IMG/VR virus record: IMGVR_UViG_3300021091_005099
Coordinates: 49,994-113,993 of that record
Origin: a virus
Strand: one strand, 5' to 3'
DNA: 64,000 nucleotides
Part shown: positions 1-9,241 of the stretch, one piece after another
How the letters are laid out: each line of letters begins with the position of its first letter
Numbering within the stretch: the stretch's first letter is position 1
Translations under genes and position numbers: made by a program
Notes under the pieces: model-generated
The model's input: only the letters and a program-made list of their open reading frames with translations
What the model was told of the DNA's origin: nothing
Database searches by the model: none

Positions 1-166
1 CATAATGTATTGTCACATGATTTTTCAAAGTTATGTCGCACCATCTCACGTATCCTATTGGCATGTTGCTGTACGAAATGCCTTCTAGCACCTCAGGCCA
101 TTCTTTGACAAACTCAGATGTCAACTGCACCCAGGTCTGTTTAGCTCTTGGCAGCTTGCTGGCCAT
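1..166 (-). CDS. hypothetical protein, 3' end runs off window
   Basis: Read by eye: ATG at 166, open frame MASKLPRAKQTWVQLTSEFVKEWPEVLEG... to the window edge, directly downstream of 172..663. Confidence 0.6.
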   Translation of the reverse strand, partial: MASKLPRAKQTWVQLTSEFVKEWPEVLEGISYSNMPIGYVRWCDITLKNHVTIHY

Positions 167-171
167 TGTTG

Positions 172-663
172 CTATTTTTTTTTGTTCTTTGATTTTGGCT
201 TGTCCTCTGCCACAGATAGGTCTTTTAGTGAAACTTTCATATCATCTGCCAGCAGCTGATTTAATTTGTCCAAAGGTATTCTGCCATTCTTATCTGGCCC
301 ATACGTGACTATCACGTCCTTGGTAGGCATCTTCTTAATGTAATTTTCTTCATGTAAGAAAGACAGCATATTGATATCTCCCGGAAAGTTGCACTTGGCC
401 AGGTATGTGCCTAGGTCAAATGCGGCCTGTCCGTCAGAACTTTCAAGGCTGCGCATCAAAGCGTCTCTGTAGTTTAAGTTTAAAAAGTTTGGACCAATCA
501 CTAAACAGTTTTCTGGTTCTTTTGGAACCATTTTAAAGACTATGACCACCGGCGCATTGTCAGCAGCCAACACTCCTAGGTGTTTGAAATATCTCTTAGG
601 CTGACTGTTGGCCTGTCCAACTCCGGTGGCGTCCATGACCAATCTATCATAAAGATTTAGCAT
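172..663 (-). CDS. hypothetical phage protein
   Basis: 163-aa ORF in the co-directional minus-strand gene array. Confidence 0.7.
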   Translation of the reverse strand: MLNLYDRLVMDATGVGQANSQPKRYFKHLGVLAADNAPVVIVFKMVPKEPENCLVIGPNFLNLNYRDALMRSLESSDGQAAFDLGTYLAKCNFPGDINMLSFLHEENYIKKMPTKDVIVTYGPDKNGRIPLDKLNQLLADDMKVSLKDLSVAEDKPKSKNKKK

Positions 664-666
664 TTT

Positions 667-978
667 TTACCTTCCAGCAGGAACTGGATTTTCTGTTTTC
701 TTCGCAGCTTCCTCGGGCTTAGGTTCTGGTGCCACCTTGGCCAGGAATGCCTGTAGTTTGTTATAGATCAATCCCACGGTGGCCATCTCATTGGCTCTGA
801 ATGCACCTCTCGTGGATGCTACGTCCATTACAAGTGCAATATTCCGCAAATCACCGATGTTGAGATCGGTAGCAGGCTGACCCATTGCAGGTTGCTGTGC
901 CGTTGGTGCGGTCTGAGCCTGAGCAGTCGCTTTTGGCGCTGAAGATTCAGTTTCTTTTTTTGTTTTTTTTGTTGCCAT
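667..978 (-). CDS. hypothetical phage protein
   Basis: ATG at 978 preceded by AGGAGA Shine-Dalgarno and a sigma70-like promoter. Confidence 0.75.
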   Translation of the reverse strand: MATKKTKKETESSAPKATAQAQTAPTAQQPAMGQPATDLNIGDLRNIALVMDVASTRGAFRANEMATVGLIYNKLQAFLAKVAPEPKPEEAAKKTENPVPAGR

Positions 979-1006
979 TTTTTCTCCTAATTGCAATTAG
1001 AATACA

Positions 1007-1035
1007 ATTGTAACAAAATTAGTTAGCGAGGTCAA
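1007..1035 (-). promoter_or_regulatory. sigma70-like early/middle promoter
   Basis: TTGACC-N17-TACAAT on the minus strand, intergenic. Confidence 0.65.
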
Positions 1036-1038
1036 TGC

Positions 1039-1308
1039 TTAAATCACAGCATTCTGAGCCATGCCGCTGAGTATGAATAGTGTGAGGTCGCTGTGTTCCT
1101 CGAAGCCCACGGTGGTCAATATCTGCACTTGGTCATTTTGGTATTTGACATCATTTACCATGGCAAACCTGCCTGCGCAATTGGCATAGATCCAGCGCGC
1201 AGTCTTGTGCATCTGGTGATCTGTTTGACTTGGTAAAGATATCGATTTGAAATGTGGTGGTATCCGATCTAGTTTTCTTGTGTGGAAATTTTTGGCATTA
1301 ATCCTCAT
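1039..1308 (-). CDS. hypothetical phage protein
   Basis: 89-aa ORF overlapping the stop of the upstream vWA gene. Confidence 0.65.
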   Translation of the reverse strand: MRINAKNFHTRKLDRIPPHFKSISLPSQTDHQMHKTARWIYANCAGRFAMVNDVKYQNDQVQILTTVGFEEHSDLTLFILSGMAQNAVI

Positions 1309-2548
1309 AATTCACCGTCAATCCAAATGGTGCTTGTATATTTCTTTCCAGGCTGTTGTTGATCAGGAATATGGTGTCGCAATAGTCCTTGTCGCCCCAA
1401 CTGTCGTAGGGCCAACCGTCTGTGAACATGATGAATTTCTTGGGCTCGATGCCCTCCTCCTTCATGTAATCCCAGTTGCACATGAAGTCAGTTCCGCCAC
1501 CAGACCCCAGCTTGTAGTCCTTTAGTTCATCCTGGTTGTCGGGCGTGTAGATCACCGGATTGAATACCTTGGTGTCAAAGGACCAAAGATGTATGCGGAA
1601 GTCCTTGTACTGGTCCATAATGCCCTGCACCTCACTGAGGAATTCTCTGCACTGGTCATCGTCAATGGATCCCGATGCGTCGATCGCCAGGCAGATGTCA
1701 ATTTTGTCTGTGTTGATCATGCCGGGCAGTATTGCGTCCATGTGCCAGCTCCTCCTGCTGGGTTTCATGAATGTGTAGTCGCTCTTCATTGTGCTCAATA
1801 TCTGCTGTTGTATGATCTCTCTCCAGTTCATTTTCGGCTCAGTAAGCTGAGCCACCAATCTCTGTATGCTGCCGGGCAGGTTACCTGCTCCCGAGCTCTG
1901 TGCCGCGCTCAGCATGGCCTCCTTGATCTCGTCCTTGATCTTTTTCAGTTCCTCCTTGGTATAGACCGGCTGGCCTTGCTTGTTGGCACCACTGCCTTCA
2001 CCTTGCTTATCCTTGCCATCACCTTGGCCATTTCCGTCCTTGTTCATTTGCAGGTGTTGATCAATCAATTCACCCAGTTTGTTCAAATTTATCTTATGCT
2101 TTTTCACATTCTTGTACAGCTCGTCATAGATCTTTTCTGCCGCCCAATCCTTGTATTTGTCATCCTGGAAACCTTTGTTTTCGCCCTTCTTGCCCTTGGG
2201 CATGTCGCCGATCTTGTAATCCACTAGTATCTGATTCACCGCATAGTCGCAGGCGATGTTCCAAATCTGTGGATCTCTGTCGCCAACACGCAGCAACATG
2301 TGCTCGAACACATTGTGCAGTACCTCATGCCCAAACAGGAATTCAGTTTCTCTAGCGGAAAGGCTGTCTATGAATTTGATGTTATAGAAGAAGTGCCTGC
2401 CGTCTGTGGCAGCGGTGTCACACCACTTGTCAGCGTTCACGATCTTGAGCCTGGTGGCCAGGTTGCCGAAGAATGGATGCTTCAATAACAATGCTATCCT
2501 GGCGGTGACCAGCTTGTCTATGATCTTTTGATCTGTGGCGAACATCAC
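1298..2548 (-). CDS. HEXXH metallopeptidase + vWA-like domain protein (DUF2201 type)
   Basis: TAATDG, HEVLH zinc motif, WNIACDYAVN; C-terminal MIDAS-like DASGS, GGGTDF, FTDG. Confidence 0.85.
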   Translation of the reverse strand: MMFATDQKIIDKLVTARIALLLKHPFFGNLATRLKIVNADKWCDTAATDGRHFFYNIKFIDSLSARETEFLFGHEVLHNVFEHMLLRVGDRDPQIWNIACDYAVNQILVDYKIGDMPKGKKGENKGFQDDKYKDWAAEKIYDELYKNVKKHKINLNKLGELIDQHLQMNKDGNGQGDGKDKQGEGSGANKQGQPVYTKEELKKIKDEIKEAMLSAAQSSGAGNLPGSIQRLVAQLTEPKMNWREIIQQQILSTMKSDYTFMKPSRRSWHMDAILPGMINTDKIDICLAIDASGSIDDDQCREFLSEVQGIMDQYKDFRIHLWSFDTKVFNPVIYTPDNQDELKDYKLGSGGGTDFMCNWDYMKEEGIEPKKFIMFTDGWPYDSWGDKDYCDTIFLINNSLERNIQAPFGLTVNYED

Positions 2549-3648
2549 TTTGACTCCATGGCAGTTATTACGTACTTGCCAAATTTTTTGTGGAATCTGT
2601 CGAATGATTTAAGTTTGCTGGGATCGAATGGCAGCTTGTAGTTGGTCAGCGCTATCTTGGCTCCCATGACCACTAGTTCGGTCTCAAAATTGTCCATCAT
2701 GTAGTCGAAGAAACGATCTGCCTTGTCATTCCAGTTCCTCTCCTTGTTGATGTGTGACTGTTGCAATTCGTAGCACAGGCTAACGGTGAGCGAATACATC
2801 GCTGATATCTCCTTGGCCTTAAGGTCCTTGACCTTGCCGCTCAGTATGTCGGATGGGTTAGGTAGTTGGCCGCTAATTTTACGATGGTTCATAAACTTAA
2901 CGGCCAGTCCCTCTCCTACTGCGCCCGCCACGAGGTCAGTGAGCGTACTTTCAGGCAGGCTGTCCGATAGAAGTTGGCTTACGAAACTCCATGATCTAGG
3001 AGTCGCGAAAGAGCGTGATGATCCCTTGGGATCAAAATCATATAAATCTTGTTTGGCGAATGTGACATAGCCCACCACGTCAGGGTGTATGTGGTGCATG
3101 GTAGCCCACTGCATCCAGTCATCATAGTCCACTCGCAGTTCGATGTGTACGAACCTGTTGGCGAGCGGCGCTGGCATCCTGTAGGTCACTCCCTTGTCTG
3201 CGTCTCTGTTGCCCGCGGCCACAATGGCCACGCCCGCTGGCAGGTGATACTGCCCCACTCTGCGGTTGAGAATCAGCTGATATGCTGCCGCCTGCACAGC
3301 AGGCGCAGCGGAATTGAGTTCATCTAGGAATATAATATCGGTGGATTCGGGATTGGTTGGCAGCTCAGCTGGAGGAGCCCATACCATGTTGTTTTCCTTG
3401 GCATTGTAATAGGGGATACCTTTGATGTCAGTGGGTTCCCACAGAGGCAATCTTATGTCTATCACCTGTCTATCTTGGTCTTGTGCCACCTGTTTCACGA
3501 TATCAGATTTACCAATACCGGGAGCACCCCACATCATTAGTGGTCTCTTTAATTGTATGCAGTGCGATAATGCTGCCTTCGCCTCATTTGGAGTAACGGT
3601 TCTGTTTTGAGAGCCAACCGCTGTGCTCTTTTCCTTTTTGCTCACCAT
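2545..3648 (-). CDS. MoxR-like AAA+ ATPase
   Basis: Walker A GAPGIGKS, Walker B IIFLDE, AAGN sensor, LANRF arginine finger; overlaps the vWA partner gene. Confidence 0.88.
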   Translation of the reverse strand: MVSKKEKSTAVGSQNRTVTPNEAKAALSHCIQLKRPLMMWGAPGIGKSDIVKQVAQDQDRQVIDIRLPLWEPTDIKGIPYYNAKENNMVWAPPAELPTNPESTDIIFLDELNSAAPAVQAAAYQLILNRRVGQYHLPAGVAIVAAGNRDADKGVTYRMPAPLANRFVHIELRVDYDDWMQWATMHHIHPDVVGYVTFAKQDLYDFDPKGSSRSFATPRSWSFVSQLLSDSLPESTLTDLVAGAVGEGLAVKFMNHRKISGQLPNPSDILSGKVKDLKAKEISAMYSLTVSLCYELQQSHINKERNWNDKADRFFDYMMDNFETELVVMGAKIALTNYKLPFDPSKLKSFDRFHKKFGKYVITAMESK

Positions 3649-3681
3649 TTTTAGACCTCTCTACAATTTGTTTATACTACC

Positions 3682-3709
3682 ATTATAGCATAAAACCGTA
3701 TAAGGTCAA
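3682..3709 (-). promoter_or_regulatory. sigma70-like promoter with extended -10
   Basis: TTGACC-N16-TATAAT with TG upstream of the -10; GAGG SD before ATG 3648. Confidence 0.7.
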
Positions 3710-3729
3710 GTTGATTTAACCAATTGATA

Positions 3730-4125
3730 TTATTGGCTTTTTTGCTCATCCGCCTTGCTCATGGCGCGGGCAAGCCCATATTTGGTCACGTCACCGGCAA
3801 ACATCATCAACTGAAGTGCCATTCTTTCCATTGTGACAGTGATCTGTTTCTTGTCCACATGATATGGGCAGTCCACAAATTCGTCCAACCATAGGAAGGT
3901 CTGTGGCGTGAAGATGATCTTGTCTGGGAACTTGATTGTGTAGATTTTGATCTCTAATTTTTTTACAATGTCAAGCCCCTGCTTGGTCAGTCGCAACGAC
4001 CTAGCCTGATAGCTTTCTCTCACGTTCTGCCACCAAGTGTAATAACAGCTCTTGACAGTTTCCTCATGGTCGGGCTGATTCAGCAGTTGCATGAAGGTGC
4101 GAGTATAGGCGGTCTTGACGTCCAT
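3730..4125 (-). CDS. hypothetical phage protein
   Basis: 131-aa ORF in the array. Confidence 0.7.
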   Translation of the reverse strand: MDVKTAYTRTFMQLLNQPDHEETVKSCYYTWWQNVRESYQARSLRLTKQGLDIVKKLEIKIYTIKFPDKIIFTPQTFLWLDEFVDCPYHVDKKQITVTMERMALQLMMFAGDVTKYGLARAMSKADEQKSQ

Positions 4126-4133
4126 ACTGTTAA

Positions 4134-4421
4134 TTATCGCTTGAATTTTTCGCCGGACTTTAATAGGTACACGCCAAACTTGTCAGTCTTGTGCATGGTG
4201 TTGAGTTTCTTGGCCAGGTTCTCCGCATGTCCCGGGTTGGAAAAAGAAACTTTCTTGTACTTGGGACCTGGGTAATTGGAAACCAAGCTGGCACTTTTAA
4301 GATTGATGGGTTTACCATCGTAAAATACCGCCCAGATTCCTTCCGCAGCGAGAACTTCTTCTTGCTTGTAGGTCTCTTTATTGCTGATAGTCAACAGCAC
4401 TGTGGGTTTTGGTCTTGACAT
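4134..4421 (-). CDS. hypothetical phage protein
   Basis: 95-aa ORF; TAAATA motif at 4434-4439 upstream. Confidence 0.7.
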   Translation of the reverse strand: MSRPKPTVLLTISNKETYKQEEVLAAEGIWAVFYDGKPINLKSASLVSNYPGPKYKKVSFSNPGHAENLAKKLNTMHKTDKFGVYLLKSGEKFKR

Positions 4422-4458
4422 AATCTATCAAGGTATTTACCAATTTTTACCAGATAGA

Positions 4459-4710
4459 TTATTTGCTGAACTTGCCGCCGTCCATTTCTATGTTGATCGT
4501 TTGAGCCTGCTGTGCTGTTTTCAATGCCTCGATCATATCTTCCTGCACAGACACTATTCTCATCATGGTTTGGCTCAAACTAGATGCCAAACGGTCGGCG
4601 TCTTGCATGGTCAAAACAATACTTTTTTCCTGCTTGTTTTTGGCAGTGCGTACTCTGGCTATGAAGTCTTCAATGGGCTGAGTTTGCAGCTTGCTCTTTG
4701 ATTGCGTCAT
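4459..4710 (-). CDS. hypothetical phage protein
   Basis: 83-aa ORF in the array. Confidence 0.65.
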   Translation of the reverse strand: MTQSKSKLQTQPIEDFIARVRTAKNKQEKSIVLTMQDADRLASSLSQTMMRIVSVQEDMIEALKTAQQAQTINIEMDGGKFSK

Positions 4711-5182
4711 TTAATACCTGTTGCATTTCTATTTTGGTTTTGATAGGCCCTTTGTATGCATATCTCTGTAGTGTAATTACCTTGGGACAGTAGGCTTTCC
4801 TCCAACCTTTGGGGAAGCTGATGATATAATAGCCTGCACAAAACAAGCTGCGGCTTTTGGGTGTTTTGGTGTAAACGGGCAGTTGCTTTTGCACGTCAAA
4901 CATGGAATTGTAAGGCTGTTGTGAGCAAGTATAGCCATGCACCTGAAATTCCGTTTCGATGTGTGGCGCTTTATTTTCTGGCACTGTGATATCTGTGGCA
5001 AATATGCCTGAGCCAAATCGTGCGTACAGGCTTTCCTGTGTGGGATATTCCTGTCTTTGATCTTTCTTGCCCAGGAAGATCCAACCATTGTCGTCTTTTC
5101 TTTGCAGTGTGCCCAATTTCTGGCCATTCTCTTCTATGATCCAAAATTTATCTTTTACTAATATCTTTGCTCGCATGGTCAT
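4670..5182 (-). CDS. hypothetical phage protein
   Basis: 170-aa ORF, ATGA-coupled to the nuclease gene. Confidence 0.7.
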   Translation of the reverse strand: MTMRAKILVKDKFWIIEENGQKLGTLQRKDDNGWIFLGKKDQRQEYPTQESLYARFGSGIFATDITVPENKAPHIETEFQVHGYTCSQQPYNSMFDVQKQLPVYTKTPKSRSLFCAGYYIISFPKGWRKAYCPKVITLQRYAYKGPIKTKIEMQQVLNDAIKEQAANSAH

Positions 5183-6162
5183 GCCAACCTCGCATTGAAC
5201 GGTTCCACATACAACTGTGCCTGTTCCGTGATCTTCTGCAGGTCATATTTGGCACAGAATCTCATGAATCTTATACCCACTTGTGATATCTGTTTGTTTT
5301 CTGCTTTGGCCTGGACAATTGTTTGATCCAGTTCTTGTATTATGGCTTCGGGTTGTGCATGCAAGTCAACCAGCAATCTGTTGCGCTCGTAATCATCTAT
5401 CACTCTGTGTTCAACCCCCTCAGGATCCATCCATTTGCTCAGCATGAGATTGTTCCAGGCATAACCTTTGTTGAGCCTATCCTCAAATGCTTCCAACAAT
5501 CCCACTTTGTTTTTAGTGCCTTTTTTGCGCACTCCCGGGAAAGCTGAAAATATGTTGTCAGATGGATCGCCTCGCATGGCCTTTTCGAATATCGTCCATT
5601 CTGCACTCTCTGTTTTCTTGTGCTGTTTGGTTTTATTGTCGATCACAGGATTGCCTTTTTTATCAAAATAGCCCGCCACTGTGATGGTCTCTTCAGTGAC
5701 ACCATTGTACTGTCGAACATTTGGAGCTATCAGCTGATTGAGATCTTTGTCTGTGCTTATGATAACATGCTGTTGATCAGGATGCAGATCAATCCAACGA
5801 GCTATGAGATCGTCTGCCTCACATCTGCCATTTTGTAGCACCGTGACGTTGGTCTTGGTTCTTACGAAATCCACGAAATCATCATAGCACTCCCAGAACA
5901 GTTTGTTCTCTTCCTGCTCTGCCGCCGTCATTGCCTGCACTGTTTCTGCTCGATTCCTCTTATAGGGAGCATAGTGGTCTTTCCTCCAGCTGCGTCCCTC
6001 CAAACAGAATATTACGTGGGTGCCGTCAAAATCATTCCAGGCTTTCTTGATGGAATTTAGGGTGATGTGTATGGCCATGCCGATCTTTTCAGAAGCATCG
6101 CCACGTATCACGTGCCTTGCTCGGAAAAAAGTGTTAGCGGTATCTACCAGTATGTGGGTCAT
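5179..6162 (-). CDS. rnh: T4 RNase H-like 5'-3' exonuclease / flap endonuclease
   Basis: ILVD, YKRNR, EADD, STDKDL and GDPSDNI motifs of the FEN/5' nuclease family. Confidence 0.88.
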   Translation of the reverse strand: MTHILVDTANTFFRARHVIRGDASEKIGMAIHITLNSIKKAWNDFDGTHVIFCLEGRSWRKDHYAPYKRNRAETVQAMTAAEQEENKLFWECYDDFVDFVRTKTNVTVLQNGRCEADDLIARWIDLHPDQQHVIISTDKDLNQLIAPNVRQYNGVTEETITVAGYFDKKGNPVIDNKTKQHKKTESAEWTIFEKAMRGDPSDNIFSAFPGVRKKGTKNKVGLLEAFEDRLNKGYAWNNLMLSKWMDPEGVEHRVIDDYERNRLLVDLHAQPEAIIQELDQTIVQAKAENKQISQVGIRFMRFCAKYDLQKITEQAQLYVEPFNARLA

Positions 6163-6164
6163 AC

Positions 6165-6467
6165 CTATGATACCTCAGTCTTGCCGTCATCTCTTCTATT
6201 GATTTGAACATAACCTGCACCTGTTACATCCACACCTTGCTCGTTGCCGATGGTCCGGCAAAGGCTCTGAAACCAACGATCCACTATTTCCTCTTCAGAT
6301 GCACCTTTGTAGCCATTCTGTTTCAACATATTCACAAACTCATTATTCCAATCCAATTCAAAGAATCCATTTCTTGGATTTTCTGGATTCACATTCACTT
6401 GCAGAACCTTGACCATGGGCTCTTCGCTCTTTTCAACTTTTGTATTTTTTGTTTTTTTAACTTTCAT
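6165..6467 (-). CDS. hypothetical phage protein
   Basis: 100-aa ORF; upstream TTGATT-N17-TAAAAT promoter. Confidence 0.7.
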   Translation of the reverse strand: MKVKKTKNTKVEKSEEPMVKVLQVNVNPENPRNGFFELDWNNEFVNMLKQNGYKGASEEEIVDRWFQSLCRTIGNEQGVDVTGAGYVQINRRDDGKTEVS

Positions 6468-6528
6468 ATCCTTATTTTACAACTGTTTTTGGAAAAAATC
6501 AATTGTTTTCCAATCCAAATTTACCAAA

Positions 6529-7389
6529 TTACGTTCCCCAAGCATTCTTGAACAATGGCACCTGTAATCTATCGCTGTATCTGTAGCCCATTTTCATTGC
6601 CAGCTCTGCAACTGTCCTGTTGTTCATGTGATACACGCTCTCCACACCACCCACGGGCATGAGATAAACGGAACCTCGGAATCCCGCTTTATTATATTCC
6701 TTTACGACCTCTATGGCTTCATAGGCATCATTGATGTCAACGATCACAAATTTCAAGTACACATGTCCCACTTCACCATACTCCGCTACCACATCGGGCA
6801 CAATGGCATCTTCTCGCTTCTCGCCGCTCACGCTCAATTTTGCGCTCACAGAGAAAGTGATGCTATCTTTGTTCCTACCATGCCTGTGACTCCACTGTGA
6901 AAGATATCGTTTGAAATCTTGATGAAGTCTCTGTGTGCCATTGGTCTCGAAAGTGATCTCTCTGAGGTCCTGCATCTTGCCGTGCTCCAGTAAATCAGGA
7001 TATGCTCTCTGCCAGCCCAGCAATGGCTCGCCGCCCGTGAATATGAAATGCTCATCGACCCATCGCTTGTGTGGCAATATCTCCATGGTCCTCTCCACTA
7101 TGGCGTCTGACGTCAGCATGGGAGACAGGTCCTTGAATCTAGGATCCCAGGAGGCATAGCTGTCACAGCCTGTGCTGACCAAAGGCAATTCTCGATAATC
7201 TTTGAATGGGAATTTTTTATGTTGCTCGTACACCTTGTCATTTTCATCGCTCCTGACCCCTTTGGGTAGGCCGAACCCGGCACAGGTGAAGTTGCAGCCA
7301 AATGTTCGCAGGAATACCGAAGGCACGCCCATGTAGCGCCCCTCTCCCTGTATGCTGTAAAATAGTTCAGCTACTTTTATCTTGCTCAT
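6529..7389 (-). CDS. queE: 7-carboxy-7-deazaguanine synthase (radical SAM)
   Basis: ELFYSIQGEG, VFLRTFGCNFTC...GCDS, FTGGEPL, FETNG, YLMP, RLQ..W motifs typical of QueE; clustered with folE and queD-like genes. Confidence 0.88.
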   Translation of the reverse strand: MSKIKVAELFYSIQGEGRYMGVPSVFLRTFGCNFTCAGFGLPKGVRSDENDKVYEQHKKFPFKDYRELPLVSTGCDSYASWDPRFKDLSPMLTSDAIVERTMEILPHKRWVDEHFIFTGGEPLLGWQRAYPDLLEHGKMQDLREITFETNGTQRLHQDFKRYLSQWSHRHGRNKDSITFSVSAKLSVSGEKREDAIVPDVVAEYGEVGHVYLKFVIVDINDAYEAIEVVKEYNKAGFRGSVYLMPVGGVESVYHMNNRTVAELAMKMGYRYSDRLQVPLFKNAWGT

Positions 7390-7513
7390 GCAATGCCTCG
7401 ACCGCTTCTAATATCTCTTCCACAGTGTATTTTCCCATTCTCTTTTTTTTAATTTCTGGGTCCTCATCTAAAGTGTACACTTCGTATTCGTTTTCGTCAA
7501 TCTTGCTGTTCAT
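7367..7513 (-). CDS. small acidic hypothetical protein (48 aa, not in ORF track)
   Basis: MNSKIDENEYEVYTLDEDPEIKKKRMGKYTVEEILEAVEALHEQDKSS*; fills the gap and overlaps both neighbours. Confidence 0.5.
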   Translation of the reverse strand: MNSKIDENEYEVYTLDEDPEIKKKRMGKYTVEEILEAVEALHEQDKSS

Positions 7514-7658
7514 ATATGAATTTTTTATTGCAATATCCGCAAATGACTTCGTTACTATTGCCTATTGTGTAAAATACAGTGGGGTGTCCACCCCAGTCGT
7601 CATCTCCAAAACATTTGATGTCTCTGGTGTTGACGACCTCGACAGCCTGTTCAGCCAT
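7497..7658 (-). CDS. zf-CHCC zinc-finger protein (NDUFS6/NUMM-like), 53 aa, not in ORF track
   Basis: MAEQAVEVVNTRDIKCFGDDDWGGHPTVFYTIGNSNEVICGYCNKKFIYEQQD*: C-x8-H-x14-C-x2-C pattern with GHP and CGYC. Confidence 0.75.
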   Translation of the reverse strand: MAEQAVEVVNTRDIKCFGDDDWGGHPTVFYTIGNSNEVICGYCNKKFIYEQQD

Positions 7659-8050
7659 CATCTTTTATCTTTTTTATCAAGCCTCACCACATTGCCGCTG
7701 CGGAAATGGCCCACTGTCTCTCTTTGAATGTCATCATGATTGAACTCTGCCCAGTACAGTTCAAAGGCCACGCCGTCCTCTATTCCCTCGAAGAGATGGA
7801 AGTAGCCTGGCTTGACCTTGGTGAAATCGCCGGGTCCCAATATCGTCTCGTCGATGAGGTCCTGCTGGTCTCTCTGCCAGACCTTGATCTTCATCCGGCC
7901 TGACACCACGTAGAATCCGTTCCACTTGTGTTTGTGCTGGTGTTTGCTGCACACTCCTCCCGCCCTGAAGTCGATGCGGTGGAATTCCAGCACGCCATTG
8001 GCGTGTATCAGTTCGGTCTGTCCCCAGATCTTGCCGGCCTTATTTGACAT
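7658..8050 (-). CDS. cupin-fold protein (mannose-6-phosphate isomerase-like)
   Basis: KIWG, SKHQHKHK, FYVVSG, PGYFHLF cupin motifs; TTGACA-N17-TAAAAT promoter upstream. Confidence 0.75.
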   Translation of the reverse strand: MSNKAGKIWGQTELIHANGVLEFHRIDFRAGGVCSKHQHKHKWNGFYVVSGRMKIKVWQRDQQDLIDETILGPGDFTKVKPGYFHLFEGIEDGVAFELYWAEFNHDDIQRETVGHFRSGNVVRLDKKDKR

Positions 8051-8120
8051 ATCCACACATTTTAATTGTATTTAGATGATTTGTCAAGGCAGGTGCTGGT
8101 AATGGCACCTGCCTCATGAT

Positions 8121-8762
8121 CTATCCAACCAGTTTCCTCTGCAGCTTGTTCTGCAGATACATCAGCAACACTCCATACGCGGGCAAAAAGATTATGAATC
8201 CCACAATGATTTTGACCAAGGTGTTGTTGAAGGCCACCGCATGCACCCACGGCTGCGGATAGAACGCAGTGTAGAAGAATGTGTAGGTGTCAATGATGTT
8301 GGCCGCCACAGTGCTGAGGGCCGGAGCCAGCCACCAGTTGCTGGTCCACTTCTCACGTATGTACTGCATCACGTAAACGTCCAGCATGGTGCCCACTGCA
8401 TATGCGGTGCCGGATGCCACGCCCACTCTGATTGCGTGTGGGTCCTTCAATATAAGAAGCACAGCCACCGACGCCACTATGGCGGGCAGCATGGCCATGG
8501 CCACCACCGCCCTGGCGGTGTGCTTGCCCACCAACCGCACGGTGAGATCGCTTGCGACCACCACCAGCGGGAACGTGAAGGCCGCAGCTGCCAATGGGAA
8601 GCTGGTCTGCCAGCCCAGTATGTTGATCTTTTCTGCAAAGAGATTGAAGCGTATGGTCACAAGATAATTGCTAATAGCAATGATCACTGTGTGGAATATC
8701 ACCAAATTCCGCAACAGGCCACGGTCAACATCTTTCAACAGATTGTTTAGATAGTTTGTCAT
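8121..8762 (-). CDS. yhhQ: queuosine precursor (preQ0/preQ1) transporter, YhhQ/Vut_1 family
   Basis: Multi-TM protein with IAISNYLV, AFTFP...SDLTVR..G..AR, IDTY.F..AF; AGGAGA SD before ATG 8762; next to que genes. Confidence 0.82.
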   Translation of the reverse strand: MTNYLNNLLKDVDRGLLRNLVIFHTVIIAISNYLVTIRFNLFAEKINILGWQTSFPLAAAAFTFPLVVVASDLTVRLVGKHTARAVVAMAMLPAIVASVAVLLILKDPHAIRVGVASGTAYAVGTMLDVYVMQYIREKWTSNWWLAPALSTVAANIIDTYTFFYTAFYPQPWVHAVAFNNTLVKIIVGFIIFLPAYGVLLMYLQNKLQRKLVG

Positions 8763-8773
8763 GTTTCTCCTTT

Positions 8774-9241
8774 TTAGGTTTGCCATTCCTCCCATGGAAA
8801 GACCACCCACTGCGGCTGTAGACTTTTGTCAATCTCGTAGCCCTGGTAGTCCATTTTGACAGGCGATGGTTTGTTATTGACCACAGCAGCAAAACGCACA
8901 CGCTCAGGTTTTCCAAAGTTGTCCACGATGTATTGGAACGTGGCTCCGGTGTCGTTGATGTCGTCAATGATCAAAATCTTTTTCTGAAATGCGTATTCTT
9001 TTTCCAGCACAGAGAGGTTGGGCTTGACTGCATGATCCCTCAGTCGCACGTCCAGCACTGCGTGCTCCTTTTTCAATCTATGTGATAGGTACACTCCTGG
9101 CACGCAGCCACCTCTGTTGATGCCCAGTATAATGCTAGGCATCCACATGGAATGCACCAGCTGATCCTCAATTTGAGTCAGTGCCTGGCGCATCTGCAGT
9201 GTGGTAAAATAAGTTTTTTGCACAGTATCAACCGCTGTCAT
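8774..9241 (-). CDS. purine phosphoribosyltransferase (Gpt/Hpt-like)
   Basis: GINRGG, PRPP-binding ILIIDDINDTGAT, C-terminal WVVFPWE. Confidence 0.85.
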   Translation of the reverse strand: MTAVDTVQKTYFTTLQMRQALTQIEDQLVHSMWMPSIILGINRGGCVPGVYLSHRLKKEHAVLDVRLRDHAVKPNLSVLEKEYAFQKKILIIDDINDTGATFQYIVDNFGKPERVRFAAVVNNKPSPVKMDYQGYEIDKSLQPQWVVFPWEEWQT

